Positions 27,119 to 37,142 of a DNA stretch of 64,000 nucleotides are shown here, piece by piece; position 1 is the first letter of the stretch, and the number at the start of each line of letters is the position of its first letter. Made by a program: the position numbers and the translations under genes. Origin of the DNA: an uncultured Clostridia bacterium (lineage in GTDB: Bacteria; Bacillota; Dehalobacteriia; UBA4068); assembly GCA_944393575.1 (NCBI GenBank), contig CALYAP010000047.1:1058-65057 (forward strand), written 5' to 3'. The notes below the pieces were generated by a model that ran no database searches, was not told where the DNA came from, and worked only from the letters and a program-made list of their open reading frames with translations.

Positions 27119-28303
27119 TTAGGGAAGCTTGATATTGATATTAAAAGCAGAAATTTCCACATTATTATTTTGTGCATCTACCGATAAGCGAGGTAATCCA
27201 TGACTACGTCTCACCTTTTTAGGTTGATCCGTCTCTTTTGGCGTCTCCGTATTATCGGCTGGAGCCATTGCTTCCACTGCTTCTTCATCTTCACTCACAT
27301 CTGCTATGGTTTGTTGTGGCTCGTCATCAATTTCGGCAGAAGATGTTGGTTGGCTAACAGCCTCTGCTTTTGCCTGAGCAATGGCGGCTTGGATCTCCTT
27401 TTCGTCCGGCTGTGGACCATCACCGAAAACGATTTTCACTATCTCTGGCTCATCATCAGGTGCCATTGCTGCTGCAGATGATGCATTAGTTATCTGTTTC
27501 TCATCTACCACCATTTCTGGTTCTATTATTCCTTCTGCCATGGTTTCTTGCACTGGAGAATCCATGTTGTTAATATCGCTACCGGTTACCATCTCCGAAT
27601 CTTCTTCTATATCTGTTGATATGTTTTCTATATCAGCAGATACAGCTAGTGCATCTCCTCTATTTTCTACACTATCAGCATTAATATTCTCATCCGTGAT
27701 AACTGCCGTTGGGTCTTGCTCCTCAATATCTGATTTTGGTGCAGTTGTGGTGCTAATATTTTCATTAGCTTCGACCACATCTTTTTCCATATCGCTTATA
27801 CTTACCATCTGCCAACCACCATCCTTTTTTAGCTCTTTATCCTTAATCCTTTTTGCGTCATCCTGTCTGATACTATATGGAATTTGGGCATTACTTGTTG
27901 TAACTGTCTGCTCCGTGATAATTATTTCCATTTCCATCTCAAGGGCCCGGGGGGCAACCATAAACCATTTGAGATCTCCCAAGGATGCTATGTATTCAGC
28001 ATTTGCCGCCAAATCCACTCTTTCATTGAGCGAAAAGGGTAAATTGATCATAGCCTGCCATTCCCTACCGCCACCGCCGGGATAAGTATCTGATTGGTCA
28101 GGAAAAAGATGCCTGCCGCTATTAGCTGAGAAAGATAGATAATCGATAATAATATCCATTTCTCCCAGGCAGTAGAGTTGCTCCCCTTCCACATGAATAT
28201 CAGCTTTGCCGATATCAGCTTTGATTTCACAAACACTGCCTATAGGTGGCGATCCTACCGGTAAAAAAACGGTACGCAATAGTGTTAAACTGATCTTATT
28301 CAT
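27119..28303 (-). CDS. Hypothetical highly acidic protein. Structured N-terminal about 130 aa, then a 250-aa D/E/S/T-rich low-complexity region
   Basis: Start set at MNKISLTLL behind GGAGGT. The N-terminal domain loosely resembles SpoVID/SipL-type coat-morphogenetic N-domains, but no LysM is present. Composition is strongly biased (EIDDEPQQ, EDEEAVE etc.). Confidence 0.4.
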   Translation of the reverse strand: MNKISLTLLRTVFLPVGSPPIGSVCEIKADIGKADIHVEGEQLYCLGEMDIIIDYLSFSANSGRHLFPDQSDTYPGGGGREWQAMINLPFSLNERVDLAANAEYIASLGDLKWFMVAPRALEMEMEIIITEQTVTTSNAQIPYSIRQDDAKRIKDKELKKDGGWQMVSISDMEKDVVEANENISTTTAPKSDIEEQDPTAVITDENINADSVENRGDALAVSADIENISTDIEEDSEMVTGSDINNMDSPVQETMAEGIIEPEMVVDEKQITNASSAAAMAPDDEPEIVKIVFGDGPQPDEKEIQAAIAQAKAEAVSQPTSSAEIDDEPQQTIADVSEDEEAVEAMAPADNTETPKETDQPKKVRRSHGLPRLSVDAQNNNVEISAFNINIKLP

Positions 28304-28404
28304 GTGATGACCTCCATTTCTCATCTCAACTTTATGCATCTTACGCACCGAATATGACGAAGCGCATAATTTGTTTATTATTAAATGATTCAGGAAGTGA
28401 TCAT

Positions 28405-29487
28405 ATGCGGCAAGGAAAGGCTAAATATCTCTTTCCGGGCAATAATACCCCTAAAGGATTTATCTCTCATTATCATGAGGGACTCCGGGGAATGCAGCAG
28501 ATTTTTATCCTTAAGGGCGGCCCCGGTGTTGGTAAAAGCACTCTCATGCGTAAAATAGGTACCGCGATGTTGGAACGCGGTTATGATGTCGAATTCTGGC
28601 AATGCAGCTCGGATAACGATTCGATTGACGGAGTACTGATCCCGGCAATCTCTACTGCGATTATTGACGGTACATCACCCCACATAGTGGATCCTAGATA
28701 TCCAGGTGCAGTAGAAGAAATCGTCAATCTTGGTAATCATTGGAACAGGCTACTACTTAGGAATGATAAAAAAGATATCATTGAGCTTACTGACTCAATC
28801 AGCGAACATTTTACGGCCTGCTACGCTAAATTGGCTAAGGCTGGCAGCTTACTGGAAAGCCAGATGAAAAAAACAGCTAGCAAAATAGATATGCCTACGC
28901 TGAGAAATATCATCCAGGAGTTAACCAATACAGTATATCGTTCTGGGGCCTCCCGTAGCCGTAATCTTTTCTCTACAGCGGTAACCCCCAGAGGACTAAT
29001 CAGCTTTGCTGAACCACTTTCGCGCTCTGTAGGCAACCGCTGGCTTTTAATAGGGCCAGTAGGCTGCGGCAAGGAATTGATCCTCAAGAGCCTAGCGGAC
29101 GAAGCAGAACGCAAAGGCCATTATGCGGAAATTTATCATCCAGCATTACTACCTGAACAGATCGAGCTCTTATTGCTGCCTGATCTCGATATCGCTATTC
29201 TTGATGCTGGAGATAAAACGCCATCTTATGCCACTGATGAAGATCATATTATTGATTGCAGTGAATTATGCGATATTGATAGTGAACAAATAGAAGAAGA
29301 AAATGGAGCTATCGCGACCTTAGTAGAAGAAGCCACTGCCCAAGTGGCTAAAGCTAAAGAACTTCATGACAAATTAGAACAGCATTATATTAGGGCAATG
29401 AATTTTGAAGAGGTAGATGCTGCTGGCTCAACATTATTCAACCGTATTCTTGCCCTCTGTGCTGAAAAAGAATCAGGCGGCAATTAA
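28405..29487 (+). CDS. Hypothetical P-loop NTPase with two Walker-A-like motifs
   Basis: GGPGVGKST near the N-terminus and GPVGCGKE around residue 210. Start set at MRQGKAKYLF behind AGGAAGTGA. Divergent from the acidic-protein gene. Confidence 0.45.
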   Translation: MRQGKAKYLFPGNNTPKGFISHYHEGLRGMQQIFILKGGPGVGKSTLMRKIGTAMLERGYDVEFWQCSSDNDSIDGVLIPAISTAIIDGTSPHIVDPRYPGAVEEIVNLGNHWNRLLLRNDKKDIIELTDSISEHFTACYAKLAKAGSLLESQMKKTASKIDMPTLRNIIQELTNTVYRSGASRSRNLFSTAVTPRGLISFAEPLSRSVGNRWLLIGPVGCGKELILKSLADEAERKGHYAEIYHPALLPEQIELLLLPDLDIAILDAGDKTPSYATDEDHIIDCSELCDIDSEQIEEENGAIATLVEEATAQVAKAKELHDKLEQHYIRAMNFEEVDAAGSTLFNRILALCAEKESGGN

Positions 29488-29510
29488 CTAACCACAAGGT
29501 CGTAGATTGC

Positions 29511-29550
29511 TATAAAAAAATAAAACCACCTACATAGGTGGTTTTATTTC
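29511..29550. terminator. Bidirectional terminator between the ATPase gene (+) and the lipoprotein gene (-)
   Basis: AAAAAAATAAAACCACCTA-ca-TAGGTGGTTTTATTT. Confidence 0.8.
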
Positions 29551-29571
29551 TACATCTTATCAATATTTGCA

Positions 29572-30372
29572 TTAAAAGCCTCCAATATTCTCTCCTAGCT
29601 GACTATCAGGATAAATAGGATAATCAGCATCGTTTAGCTCAGGGAGATCAAGCTCCACACCGCCATATTGAATAAAACTGACGGTGTAATTGTGATCTCT
29701 AGTGAAAGCCCGGTCATCAGAATTCACTGTACAAAAATGACCAGTAACCTGCTTTATATGCTCCTGCTCATCTAAAAGCACAGTATAAAGCGGTGGCTCA
29801 CGGTAGGAGCTAAAGACACCATACTGATAATCATCAGAGATAGGCGGATAAATATATTCATAATACTTCTCACTATCCAGTTCAAAAGTTAGAAGAGTTC
29901 CCTCGTCAGTCTCTTCAGCTGTTTGCTTAGCGATAGTATTTTCAGGAAAATCGATCACTCCTTCAATAGCCATTTTAATAGCAAAGTCATCGTTTTGAAG
30001 CTGTCGAAAATTATTTTCCGGGGCATCATTATAATGATTATATATCCAGCCACCATTATAATAAGTGGTCAAATCCAATATCTCTCCACTATCATCATAG
30101 ATAAGTAAATCCGAAATAGATAGATAGCCATCTGAAGTATGCACCAGTTGGGTAGCGATTTCCCCGCTAAAACTATAGGCTTCCACAGTATTATCAGGTA
30201 AGGTTCTTGACTCAAAATCACTCTCTGCTATTTCCGTAATAAAAGAATCAGCTTCCCATATGTATTGATAAGCAGCTACATATTGGTCATATGGGCTATC
30301 TTTAGCACAAGCAGATAACAAAAGAGTCATAAATAATATGCAGATTGTTAAAAAGAATATTCTTCTTTGCAT
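29572..30372 (-). CDS. Hypothetical lipoprotein
   Basis: Signal peptide with an LLLSAC lipobox, Tyr/Asp-rich, no family recognised. Confidence 0.45.
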   Translation of the reverse strand: MQRRIFFLTICILFMTLLLSACAKDSPYDQYVAAYQYIWEADSFITEIAESDFESRTLPDNTVEAYSFSGEIATQLVHTSDGYLSISDLLIYDDSGEILDLTTYYNGGWIYNHYNDAPENNFRQLQNDDFAIKMAIEGVIDFPENTIAKQTAEETDEGTLLTFELDSEKYYEYIYPPISDDYQYGVFSSYREPPLYTVLLDEQEHIKQVTGHFCTVNSDDRAFTRDHNYTVSFIQYGGVELDLPELNDADYPIYPDSQLGENIGGF

Positions 30373-30444
30373 CTAGAGACCACCCTTTCAAATATCTGCA
30401 AATATCTACTGTGAAAAAATATTTAATTATAACCATTAAATAAG

Positions 30445-31860
30445 CTAAACGCGGATATCCTCTTCATCATCGGCCTCTTCCTCGCCCAGATCCAAAGTTT
30501 GCAAATAAGCTGTGACTTGTTCTGGGCAGCGGCCAATAAAATCTTTAGGCTGGAGAATAGCAGCGATTTCCTCTGCATTAAGCGGGAAGGCATCATCAGC
30601 AGCCAATGCCTCTAAAAGCTGACAATCGTCACCTTGCTTAATTCTAGCAGTCTGTGCCATTGAATGCTGACGGATAATCTCATGCATCTCTTGACGATCA
30701 CCGCCTTTTTTGACTGCACACATCAACAGATTCTCAGTGGCAATAAACGGCAAATAACGCTCCACTGCTTTAGCAATTACATGCTCGTTAACGACCATGC
30801 CAGCGCTAATATTTTTCACCAAACGCAAAATAGCGTCCACTGCCAGGAAGCCTTCCGGCATAGAGATGCGACGGTTTGCCGAATCATCAAGAGTACGTTC
30901 AAACCACTGCACTGAAGCAGTCATGGGAGCGTTCAAGGCGTCGGCTATCACATAACGGGCCAGAGAACAGATACGCTCGCTGCGCATCGGATTGCGCTTA
31001 TAAGCCATTGCAGAACTGCCAATCTGTTTCTTTTCAAAGGGCTCATCGATTTGATTCATATGCGCCAAGAGACGCATATCGCCGGCATAACGATAAGCAC
31101 TCTGGGCAATGCCAGAGAGCACATTGAGAATTCTGCTATCTTCCTTACGTGGATAGGTTTGGCCACAGACAGCATAAACGCTGTCAAAACCAAAGGCCGC
31201 AGCAATCTTTCTATTCATCTCATCTATTTTAGCAGTATCACCATCAAAGAGGCGCATAAAGCTGGCTTCAGTACCAGTGGTTCCCCGGCAGCCGAAGAAG
31301 CGTAAGGTAGAGAGTAAATGATCCAATTCCGCCAAATCACTGGCAAAATCCTGTAGATAAAGACAGGCTCTCTTGCCAACTGTAACCAATTGAGCTGGTT
31401 GCCCATGGGTGTAGCCTAAAGTAGGCATATCCTTGTATTTATCAGCGAAGGAGGCAAAATTGCGCATTACCTGAAGCAATTCTTTACGCAAATATAGTAG
31501 TGCTTCCCGGTAGATAATCAGATCGCTATTATCAGTAACATAACAGCTGGTTGCACCTAAGTGGATAATACCGCGAGCCGTAGGACATAATTCACCATAA
31601 GCATGGATATGGGCCATAACATCATGACGCAGTTCTGCCTCTTTAGCAGCAATAAATTCGTAATCGATATCTTCCTTATGCGCCTCTAACTCCTCTACCT
31701 GCTCCATACTTACCGGCAGGCCTAATTCATGCTCTGCCCGTGCTAATTCGATCCACAGTAACCGCCATATCTTTGACCGATAGTCAGGTGAAAAAAGATG
31801 CTGCATCGTTTTTGAAGCATAGCGGGAACATAGTGGACTTTCATAATAAGGCTTGCTCAT
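30445..31860 (-). CDS. purB: Adenylosuccinate lyase (long eukaryotic-type form)
   Basis: Fumarate-lyase signature region (GSSAMAYKRNP) and 471-aa length. Confidence 0.9.
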   Translation of the reverse strand: MSKPYYESPLCSRYASKTMQHLFSPDYRSKIWRLLWIELARAEHELGLPVSMEQVEELEAHKEDIDYEFIAAKEAELRHDVMAHIHAYGELCPTARGIIHLGATSCYVTDNSDLIIYREALLYLRKELLQVMRNFASFADKYKDMPTLGYTHGQPAQLVTVGKRACLYLQDFASDLAELDHLLSTLRFFGCRGTTGTEASFMRLFDGDTAKIDEMNRKIAAAFGFDSVYAVCGQTYPRKEDSRILNVLSGIAQSAYRYAGDMRLLAHMNQIDEPFEKKQIGSSAMAYKRNPMRSERICSLARYVIADALNAPMTASVQWFERTLDDSANRRISMPEGFLAVDAILRLVKNISAGMVVNEHVIAKAVERYLPFIATENLLMCAVKKGGDRQEMHEIIRQHSMAQTARIKQGDDCQLLEALAADDAFPLNAEEIAAILQPKDFIGRCPEQVTAYLQTLDLGEEEADDEEDIRV

Positions 31861-31874
31861 CTTTTCCTCCTTAG

Positions 31875-33386
31875 TTATCTACCAAACCCCTGAGCATTAT
31901 CTTTCAATAGGACATCATGCGCCCCACCCTCCACGATACTTACTGAAGATACAAGGGTCAAACGGGCATTTTTCCGCAACGAAGCGATATCCAAGGCTCC
32001 GCAATTGCACATCGTGGAACGGATCTTGCTCAGAGTAATCTCCAAATTATTATGCAAACTACCCGCATATGGGACGTAGGAATCAACACCTTCCTCAAAA
32101 GAAAGCTTACCCGCTGTACCTCCAGTATCATAGCGTTGCCAGTTGCGTGCTCTAGCTGATCCTTCTCCCCAATATTCTTTCATATAGCTGCCATTAATCA
32201 AAACTTTTGAGGTAGGGCTTTCGTCAAAGCGGGAAAAATAACGTCCCAGCATACAAAAATCTGCCCCCATAGCCAACGCCAAAGTCAAATGATAGTCATG
32301 AACAATACCACCATCAGCACAAATTGGGACATAAACACCAGTGCGTTCAAAATATTCATCTCTGGCTCGGGCAACATCAATAACAGCAGAAGCCTGCCCT
32401 CTGCCAATACCTTTAGCTTCACGGGTAATGCAGATCGAACCGCCACCGATACCGACTTTAACGAAGTCTGCACCGGCATCAGCCAGGAAGCGGAATCCGT
32501 CGCCATCCACGACATTGCCAGCGCCAATTTTAACCCTATCACCATACTTTGAACGAACAAAATCAAGTGTGCGGGACTGCCATTCAGTATAACCCTCAGA
32601 GGAATCGATGCATAACAAATCAGCACCAGCTTCTACCATCGCTGGTATACGTTCCTCATAATCCTTAGTATTAACGCCAGCGCCGACAATATAACGTTTA
32701 TGAGCGTCAAGCAGTTCCAAAGGATAGTCCTTATGAGCATCATAGTCCTTGCGAAAAACAAAAGATACCAGCGAACCATCTTCTTTGAGAATCGGCAAGG
32801 CATTGAGCTTATGATCCCAGATAATATCATTAGCCTGACTCAGGGTAATACCCTCATTAGCAAAAACAATCTTTTCCATCGGGGTCATGAACTCATGCAC
32901 CGGAGTATCCATAGACATTCTGCTAACCCGGTAATCGCGACTGGTCACAATACCTAAAAGACGGCCATTGGGACTACCATCATGAGTCACAGCCATAGTA
33001 GAATGACCGCGCTCCTCTTTCAAACGGATAACATCAGCTAAGGTCTGATCTGGTTTAATATTTGAATCACTAGTAACAAAACCAGCTTTATAATTTTTTA
33101 CCTTTCTGATCATTTCTGCTTGTGAATCAATAGACTGAGAAGCAAAAATGAAAGAAATTCCCCCCTCTTTAGCTAAAGCAATAGCCATACGATCATCAGA
33201 TACTGCCTGCATAATAGCTGAAACAAGGGGAATATTCATCGAAATAGCAGCAGTCTCTCCCTTTTTATACCTCACTACCGGGGTTTGGAGTGAAACCTTA
33301 GAGGGAATGCACTCAGAAGATGAATATCCGGGAACAAGCAGGTATTCACTAAAAGTATGGGATTGTTCTTCATAAAAGTAAGCCAT
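31875..33386 (-). CDS. guaB: IMP dehydrogenase with CBS pair
   Basis: N-terminal LLVPGYS...ALAKEGG, catalytic-loop [20 protein letters not shown], flap region. Start set at MAYFYEE behind AAGGAGA. Confidence 0.75.
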   Translation of the reverse strand: MAYFYEEQSHTFSEYLLVPGYSSSECIPSKVSLQTPVVRYKKGETAAISMNIPLVSAIMQAVSDDRMAIALAKEGGISFIFASQSIDSQAEMIRKVKNYKAGFVTSDSNIKPDQTLADVIRLKEERGHSTMAVTHDGSPNGRLLGIVTSRDYRVSRMSMDTPVHEFMTPMEKIVFANEGITLSQANDIIWDHKLNALPILKEDGSLVSFVFRKDYDAHKDYPLELLDAHKRYIVGAGVNTKDYEERIPAMVEAGADLLCIDSSEGYTEWQSRTLDFVRSKYGDRVKIGAGNVVDGDGFRFLADAGADFVKVGIGGGSICITREAKGIGRGQASAVIDVARARDEYFERTGVYVPICADGGIVHDYHLTLALAMGADFCMLGRYFSRFDESPTSKVLINGSYMKEYWGEGSARARNWQRYDTGGTAGKLSFEEGVDSYVPYAGSLHNNLEITLSKIRSTMCNCGALDIASLRKNARLTLVSSVSIVEGGAHDVLLKDNAQGFGR

Positions 33387-33432
33387 AGCGATCTCCTTTG
33401 CACCTTTCTTCATCCAATGCTAATTGCCACAA

Positions 33433-36400
33433 TCAACCGCGAAAATAATCTACAGCAGCTTCAAAAAGCCTAATCTGATAGTTTCCTGGAACATTCTTAT
33501 ATAGACCGTAGCCCACTCTTTCAATATGCCCCATTTTACCTAAAACTCTACCATCCGGCGAGGTAATACATTCTACTGCATCCACAGAACCGTTAGGGTT
33601 AAAATGAATGTCCATGGTAGGCTCCCCAGCTTCATCTACATACTGAAGAGCTATCTGGCCATTAGCGGCTAAGTCTTTGAGCATTTCATCGCTGCAAACA
33701 AATCTCCCCTCCCCATGCGAGATGGGCACAGTATAAATATCTCCTACAATGGTCTTAGCCAGCCATGGAGATTTGTTGGAAGCTACTCTGGTGCGGACTA
33801 ATCGGGATTGATGCCGGCCAATAGTATTGAAAGTAAGAGTTGGACAAGCAGCATCAGTATCGATGATTTTCCCAAAAGGTACCAATCCCAGTTTGATTAG
33901 GGCTTGGAAACCGTTACAAATGCCGCACATTAAACCATCACGCTGATCAAGAAGCTGGGTAACCTGTTCTTTGATAGCAGGATTACGGAAAAATGCAGTA
34001 ATGAATTTTCCCGAACCATCAGGCTCATCACCCCCCGAAAAACCGCCTGGGATAACAATAGCCTGTGACTCAGCAATGGCCTTGGCCAACATCTCTACCG
34101 AGCGTTTAACCCCATTGGCATCCAAATTATTAATGACTAACATTTTGGCTTTTCCGCCAGCCTTCTCAATAGCGCTAGCAGTATCATATTCGCAGTTGGT
34201 GCCAGGAAATATCGGTAGTACAAACTGCGGCTGAGCTGTCTTGAGCAATGGCTTAGGCCAAGATGTTGTTTGATAGTTATAAGCTGTAACAGCAACCTGC
34301 TTTTGCTCTGGGTAAAGAGGGAATACACCTTCCAAACGCTGCTCAGATATAGCAAGCAGTTCTGCTAATGCAATGCTCTGCTTTTTATAAGTGATAAACG
34401 CATCTTCAGTGACATGGCCTAGGTCCTGGCCAATATCCATTTCTTCCGTCAGCTCTAGGATAAAGGCAGCTGGACAATAAGTAAATATCTGCTCAGTTGC
34501 AATGCTATCTGCAAAAGCAAAGCCTAAATTATTGCCCAGACACATTTTCATGATCGCTTCAGCGATGCCGCCATGTCCAGGGACATAAGCAGCACGGACT
34601 TTGCCAGCTGCGATCATCTTCTCTACCTGATGGAGAAGCTTGCAGAGACTATCCTGCTGAGGCAAACCGTTTTCCTGCAAATCGGCTTGTAAGAGCACTA
34701 CCTTGGAACCAGCCTTCTTGAACTCTGGAGAGATAACGTTGTCAATTTTAGCCAAGGAAATGGCAAAAGAAACCAAAGTAGGTGGTACTTCTAACTTTTC
34801 GAAAGAGCCACTCATAGAATCCTTGCCGCCTATCGAGGCCAAACCTAAATCTAATTGAGCAGACAAAGCGCCCAACAGTGCCGCAGCTGGCTGGCCCCAA
34901 CGAGATGGATCTTGTCCCAATTTAGCAAAATATTCTTGGAAGGTTAAATAACAACTAGTTAAGCTAGCCCCTGCTGCAACTAGTTTCTGGACCGATGACA
35001 CTACTGCTAAATAGGAACCATGATAGGGGCTTTGTTGGCTTAAATAAGGATCAAATCCCCAGCTCATAGCAGAACAAGTAGTGGTATCACCAGATAAGAC
35101 CGGCAATTTAGCAACCATTGTTTGAATAGGTGTTAGCTGTTTTTCACCACCAAATGGCATTAAAACAGTATTAGCGCCAATAGTAGAATCAAAACGTTCA
35201 GCTAGACCTCGATGGGAACAACAGTTTAAATCATGAGCCAATTCCTGGTAGGCAGCTATGAAATCAACAGAAATCTTTTTGATCTCCAATTGTTGTTTGC
35301 TAATTGAGCAACAGGTATGTTTTTCACTACCATTAGTATTAAGAAATTCCCTTGCTAGGTCTACTATCTTTTGACCTTGCCACTCCATTACTAGGCGAGG
35401 GGCATCGGTAATCTGTGCAACCACAGTGGCTTCCAAATTTTCAGCCTCAGCTAGTTGGCAAAAACGTTCGGCATCTTCTCTAGCCACTACTACTGCCATG
35501 CGTTCCTGGGATTCGCTGATCGCCAGTTCTGTTCCATCAAGGCCCTCATATTTTTTAGGCACCTTATCTAAATCAATATACAGGCCATCAGATAATTCCC
35601 CAAGGGCAACGGAGACACCACCAGCACCGAAATCATTACAGCGCTTGATCATCCGTGCAGCCTCAGGCATCCGGAATAATCTTTGCAGTTTACGCTCCTC
35701 GGGTGCATTACCTTTTTGGACTTCCGCACCACTAGTCTCAATAGATTTTACATCATGGGACTTGGATGATCCAGTAGCGCCACCGCAGCCATCTCTACCA
35801 GTACGTCCACCAAGCAAAATAACAACGTCTCCAGCAATCGGTACAAAGCGGCGGACATTTTCTGCAGGAGCAGCACCGATGACAGCACCAATCTCCATTC
35901 TTTTGGCCATATAGCCTTCATGATACCATTCATCAACCATTCCGGTAGCCAAACCCACCTGATTGCCATAAGAGCTATAGCCGGCAGCGGCTGCGGTAAC
36001 GATCTTTCTTTGTGGTAATTTGCCAGGCAAGGTTTGCGATAGAGGTTTAGTAGGATCTGCAGCTCCAGTCAAACGCATAGCCTGATACACATAAGAACGT
36101 CCGGAAAGAGGATCACGAATAGCGCCCCCCAGACAAGTGGCAGCGCCACCAAAAGGCTCGATCTCTGTGGGATGGTTATGGGTCTCATTTTTGAATAGCA
36201 ACAGCCAATCTTCCTCTTGGCCATTGACATCTACCTTGATCTTAACCGTGCAAGCATTAATCTCAGGAGATTCATCCAAATTAAGTAATATCCCCTGCTG
36301 TTTTAGATATCTGGCGGCAATAGTAGCCATATCCATCAAAGTCACAGGCTTATCATCACGGCCTAATTGATGGCGGATCTCCAGATAACGTTGATAAGCA

Positions 36401-37125
36401 TCTGCCACATCAGCATCGTCGATCTTAATATCATCAATAAAAGTATTGAAAGTAGTATGCCGGCAATGATCAGACCAATAACCGTCAAGAACGCGAATTT
36501 CGGTAATAGTAGGATCACGTTTCTCACTACGGAAATAATCGCGGCAGCAGCGCAGATCATCGATATCCATAGCCAAGGAATAAGCAGATAAATACTCTTG
36601 GAGCTGCTGTTCATCACTATCTATGAAGCCGGTTAATACTGATACTGTATGGGGGATATCATAATGCATCTGCAAGGTATCATAAGGAGCTAAATCGGCC
36701 TCTCTACTTTCAACTGGATTGATAAGATAGTTTTTGATAGCGACAAATTCCGCATCAGTTATGTCCCCTTCTAAAAGATAAACTTTAGCTGTTCTGATAA
36801 GCGGACGTTCCTGTTCAGAAATCAATTGAATACACTGGGCAGCAGAATCAGCGCGTTGATCAAATTGTCCAGGCAAATACTCAACAGCAAAGATGCGTTC
36901 CGCTTGTGGCAGATCCTGATAAACATAATCAGTCTGTGGTTCGGCAAAAACTGTATAAATACAGGACTCGAATAGGTTCTGATCTATTTTTTCAGCATCA
37001 TAACGATTCAATAAGCGCAAAGATTTAAGAGACGATATGCCCAAGAGATCTCTAATCTCAGTCAAGAGGGCATTGGCTTCAACTCTTAATCCTTCCTTTT
37101 TTTCCACAAATACTCGATATACCAT
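33433..37125 (-). CDS. purL: Phosphoribosylformylglycinamidine synthase, single-chain large form
   Basis: 1230 aa with AIR-synthase-related domains and a C-terminal class-I glutamine amidotransferase domain (GICNGFQ). Confidence 0.95.
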   Translation of the reverse strand: MVYRVFVEKKEGLRVEANALLTEIRDLLGISSLKSLRLLNRYDAEKIDQNLFESCIYTVFAEPQTDYVYQDLPQAERIFAVEYLPGQFDQRADSAAQCIQLISEQERPLIRTAKVYLLEGDITDAEFVAIKNYLINPVESREADLAPYDTLQMHYDIPHTVSVLTGFIDSDEQQLQEYLSAYSLAMDIDDLRCCRDYFRSEKRDPTITEIRVLDGYWSDHCRHTTFNTFIDDIKIDDADVADAYQRYLEIRHQLGRDDKPVTLMDMATIAARYLKQQGILLNLDESPEINACTVKIKVDVNGQEEDWLLLFKNETHNHPTEIEPFGGAATCLGGAIRDPLSGRSYVYQAMRLTGAADPTKPLSQTLPGKLPQRKIVTAAAAGYSSYGNQVGLATGMVDEWYHEGYMAKRMEIGAVIGAAPAENVRRFVPIAGDVVILLGGRTGRDGCGGATGSSKSHDVKSIETSGAEVQKGNAPEERKLQRLFRMPEAARMIKRCNDFGAGGVSVALGELSDGLYIDLDKVPKKYEGLDGTELAISESQERMAVVVAREDAERFCQLAEAENLEATVVAQITDAPRLVMEWQGQKIVDLAREFLNTNGSEKHTCCSISKQQLEIKKISVDFIAAYQELAHDLNCCSHRGLAERFDSTIGANTVLMPFGGEKQLTPIQTMVAKLPVLSGDTTTCSAMSWGFDPYLSQQSPYHGSYLAVVSSVQKLVAAGASLTSCYLTFQEYFAKLGQDPSRWGQPAAALLGALSAQLDLGLASIGGKDSMSGSFEKLEVPPTLVSFAISLAKIDNVISPEFKKAGSKVVLLQADLQENGLPQQDSLCKLLHQVEKMIAAGKVRAAYVPGHGGIAEAIMKMCLGNNLGFAFADSIATEQIFTYCPAAFILELTEEMDIGQDLGHVTEDAFITYKKQSIALAELLAISEQRLEGVFPLYPEQKQVAVTAYNYQTTSWPKPLLKTAQPQFVLPIFPGTNCEYDTASAIEKAGGKAKMLVINNLDANGVKRSVEMLAKAIAESQAIVIPGGFSGGDEPDGSGKFITAFFRNPAIKEQVTQLLDQRDGLMCGICNGFQALIKLGLVPFGKIIDTDAACPTLTFNTIGRHQSRLVRTRVASNKSPWLAKTIVGDIYTVPISHGEGRFVCSDEMLKDLAANGQIALQYVDEAGEPTMDIHFNPNGSVDAVECITSPDGRVLGKMGHIERVGYGLYKNVPGNYQIRLFEAAVDYFRG

Positions 37126-37142
37126 TCGTCTTTTCCCCAGAT

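Noticed and set aside
27381-28085. 234-aa Ser/Ile-rich plus-strand ORF inside the acidic-protein gene
   Set aside because: It is the reverse-complement shadow of a D/E-rich, GAT/GAA-repeat-like coding region and has no RBS. ORFs at 27200..27481 and 28048..28236 are rejected likewise.
28821-29114. 97-aa minus-strand ORF inside the P-loop ATPase gene
   Set aside because: It is antisense to a frame with clear Walker-A motifs and has no translation signals.
35426-35914. 162-aa plus-strand ORF within purL
   Set aside because: It is antisense to a conserved FGAM synthase frame, and its Ser/Pro/Ala-rich composition is typical of shadow ORFs.
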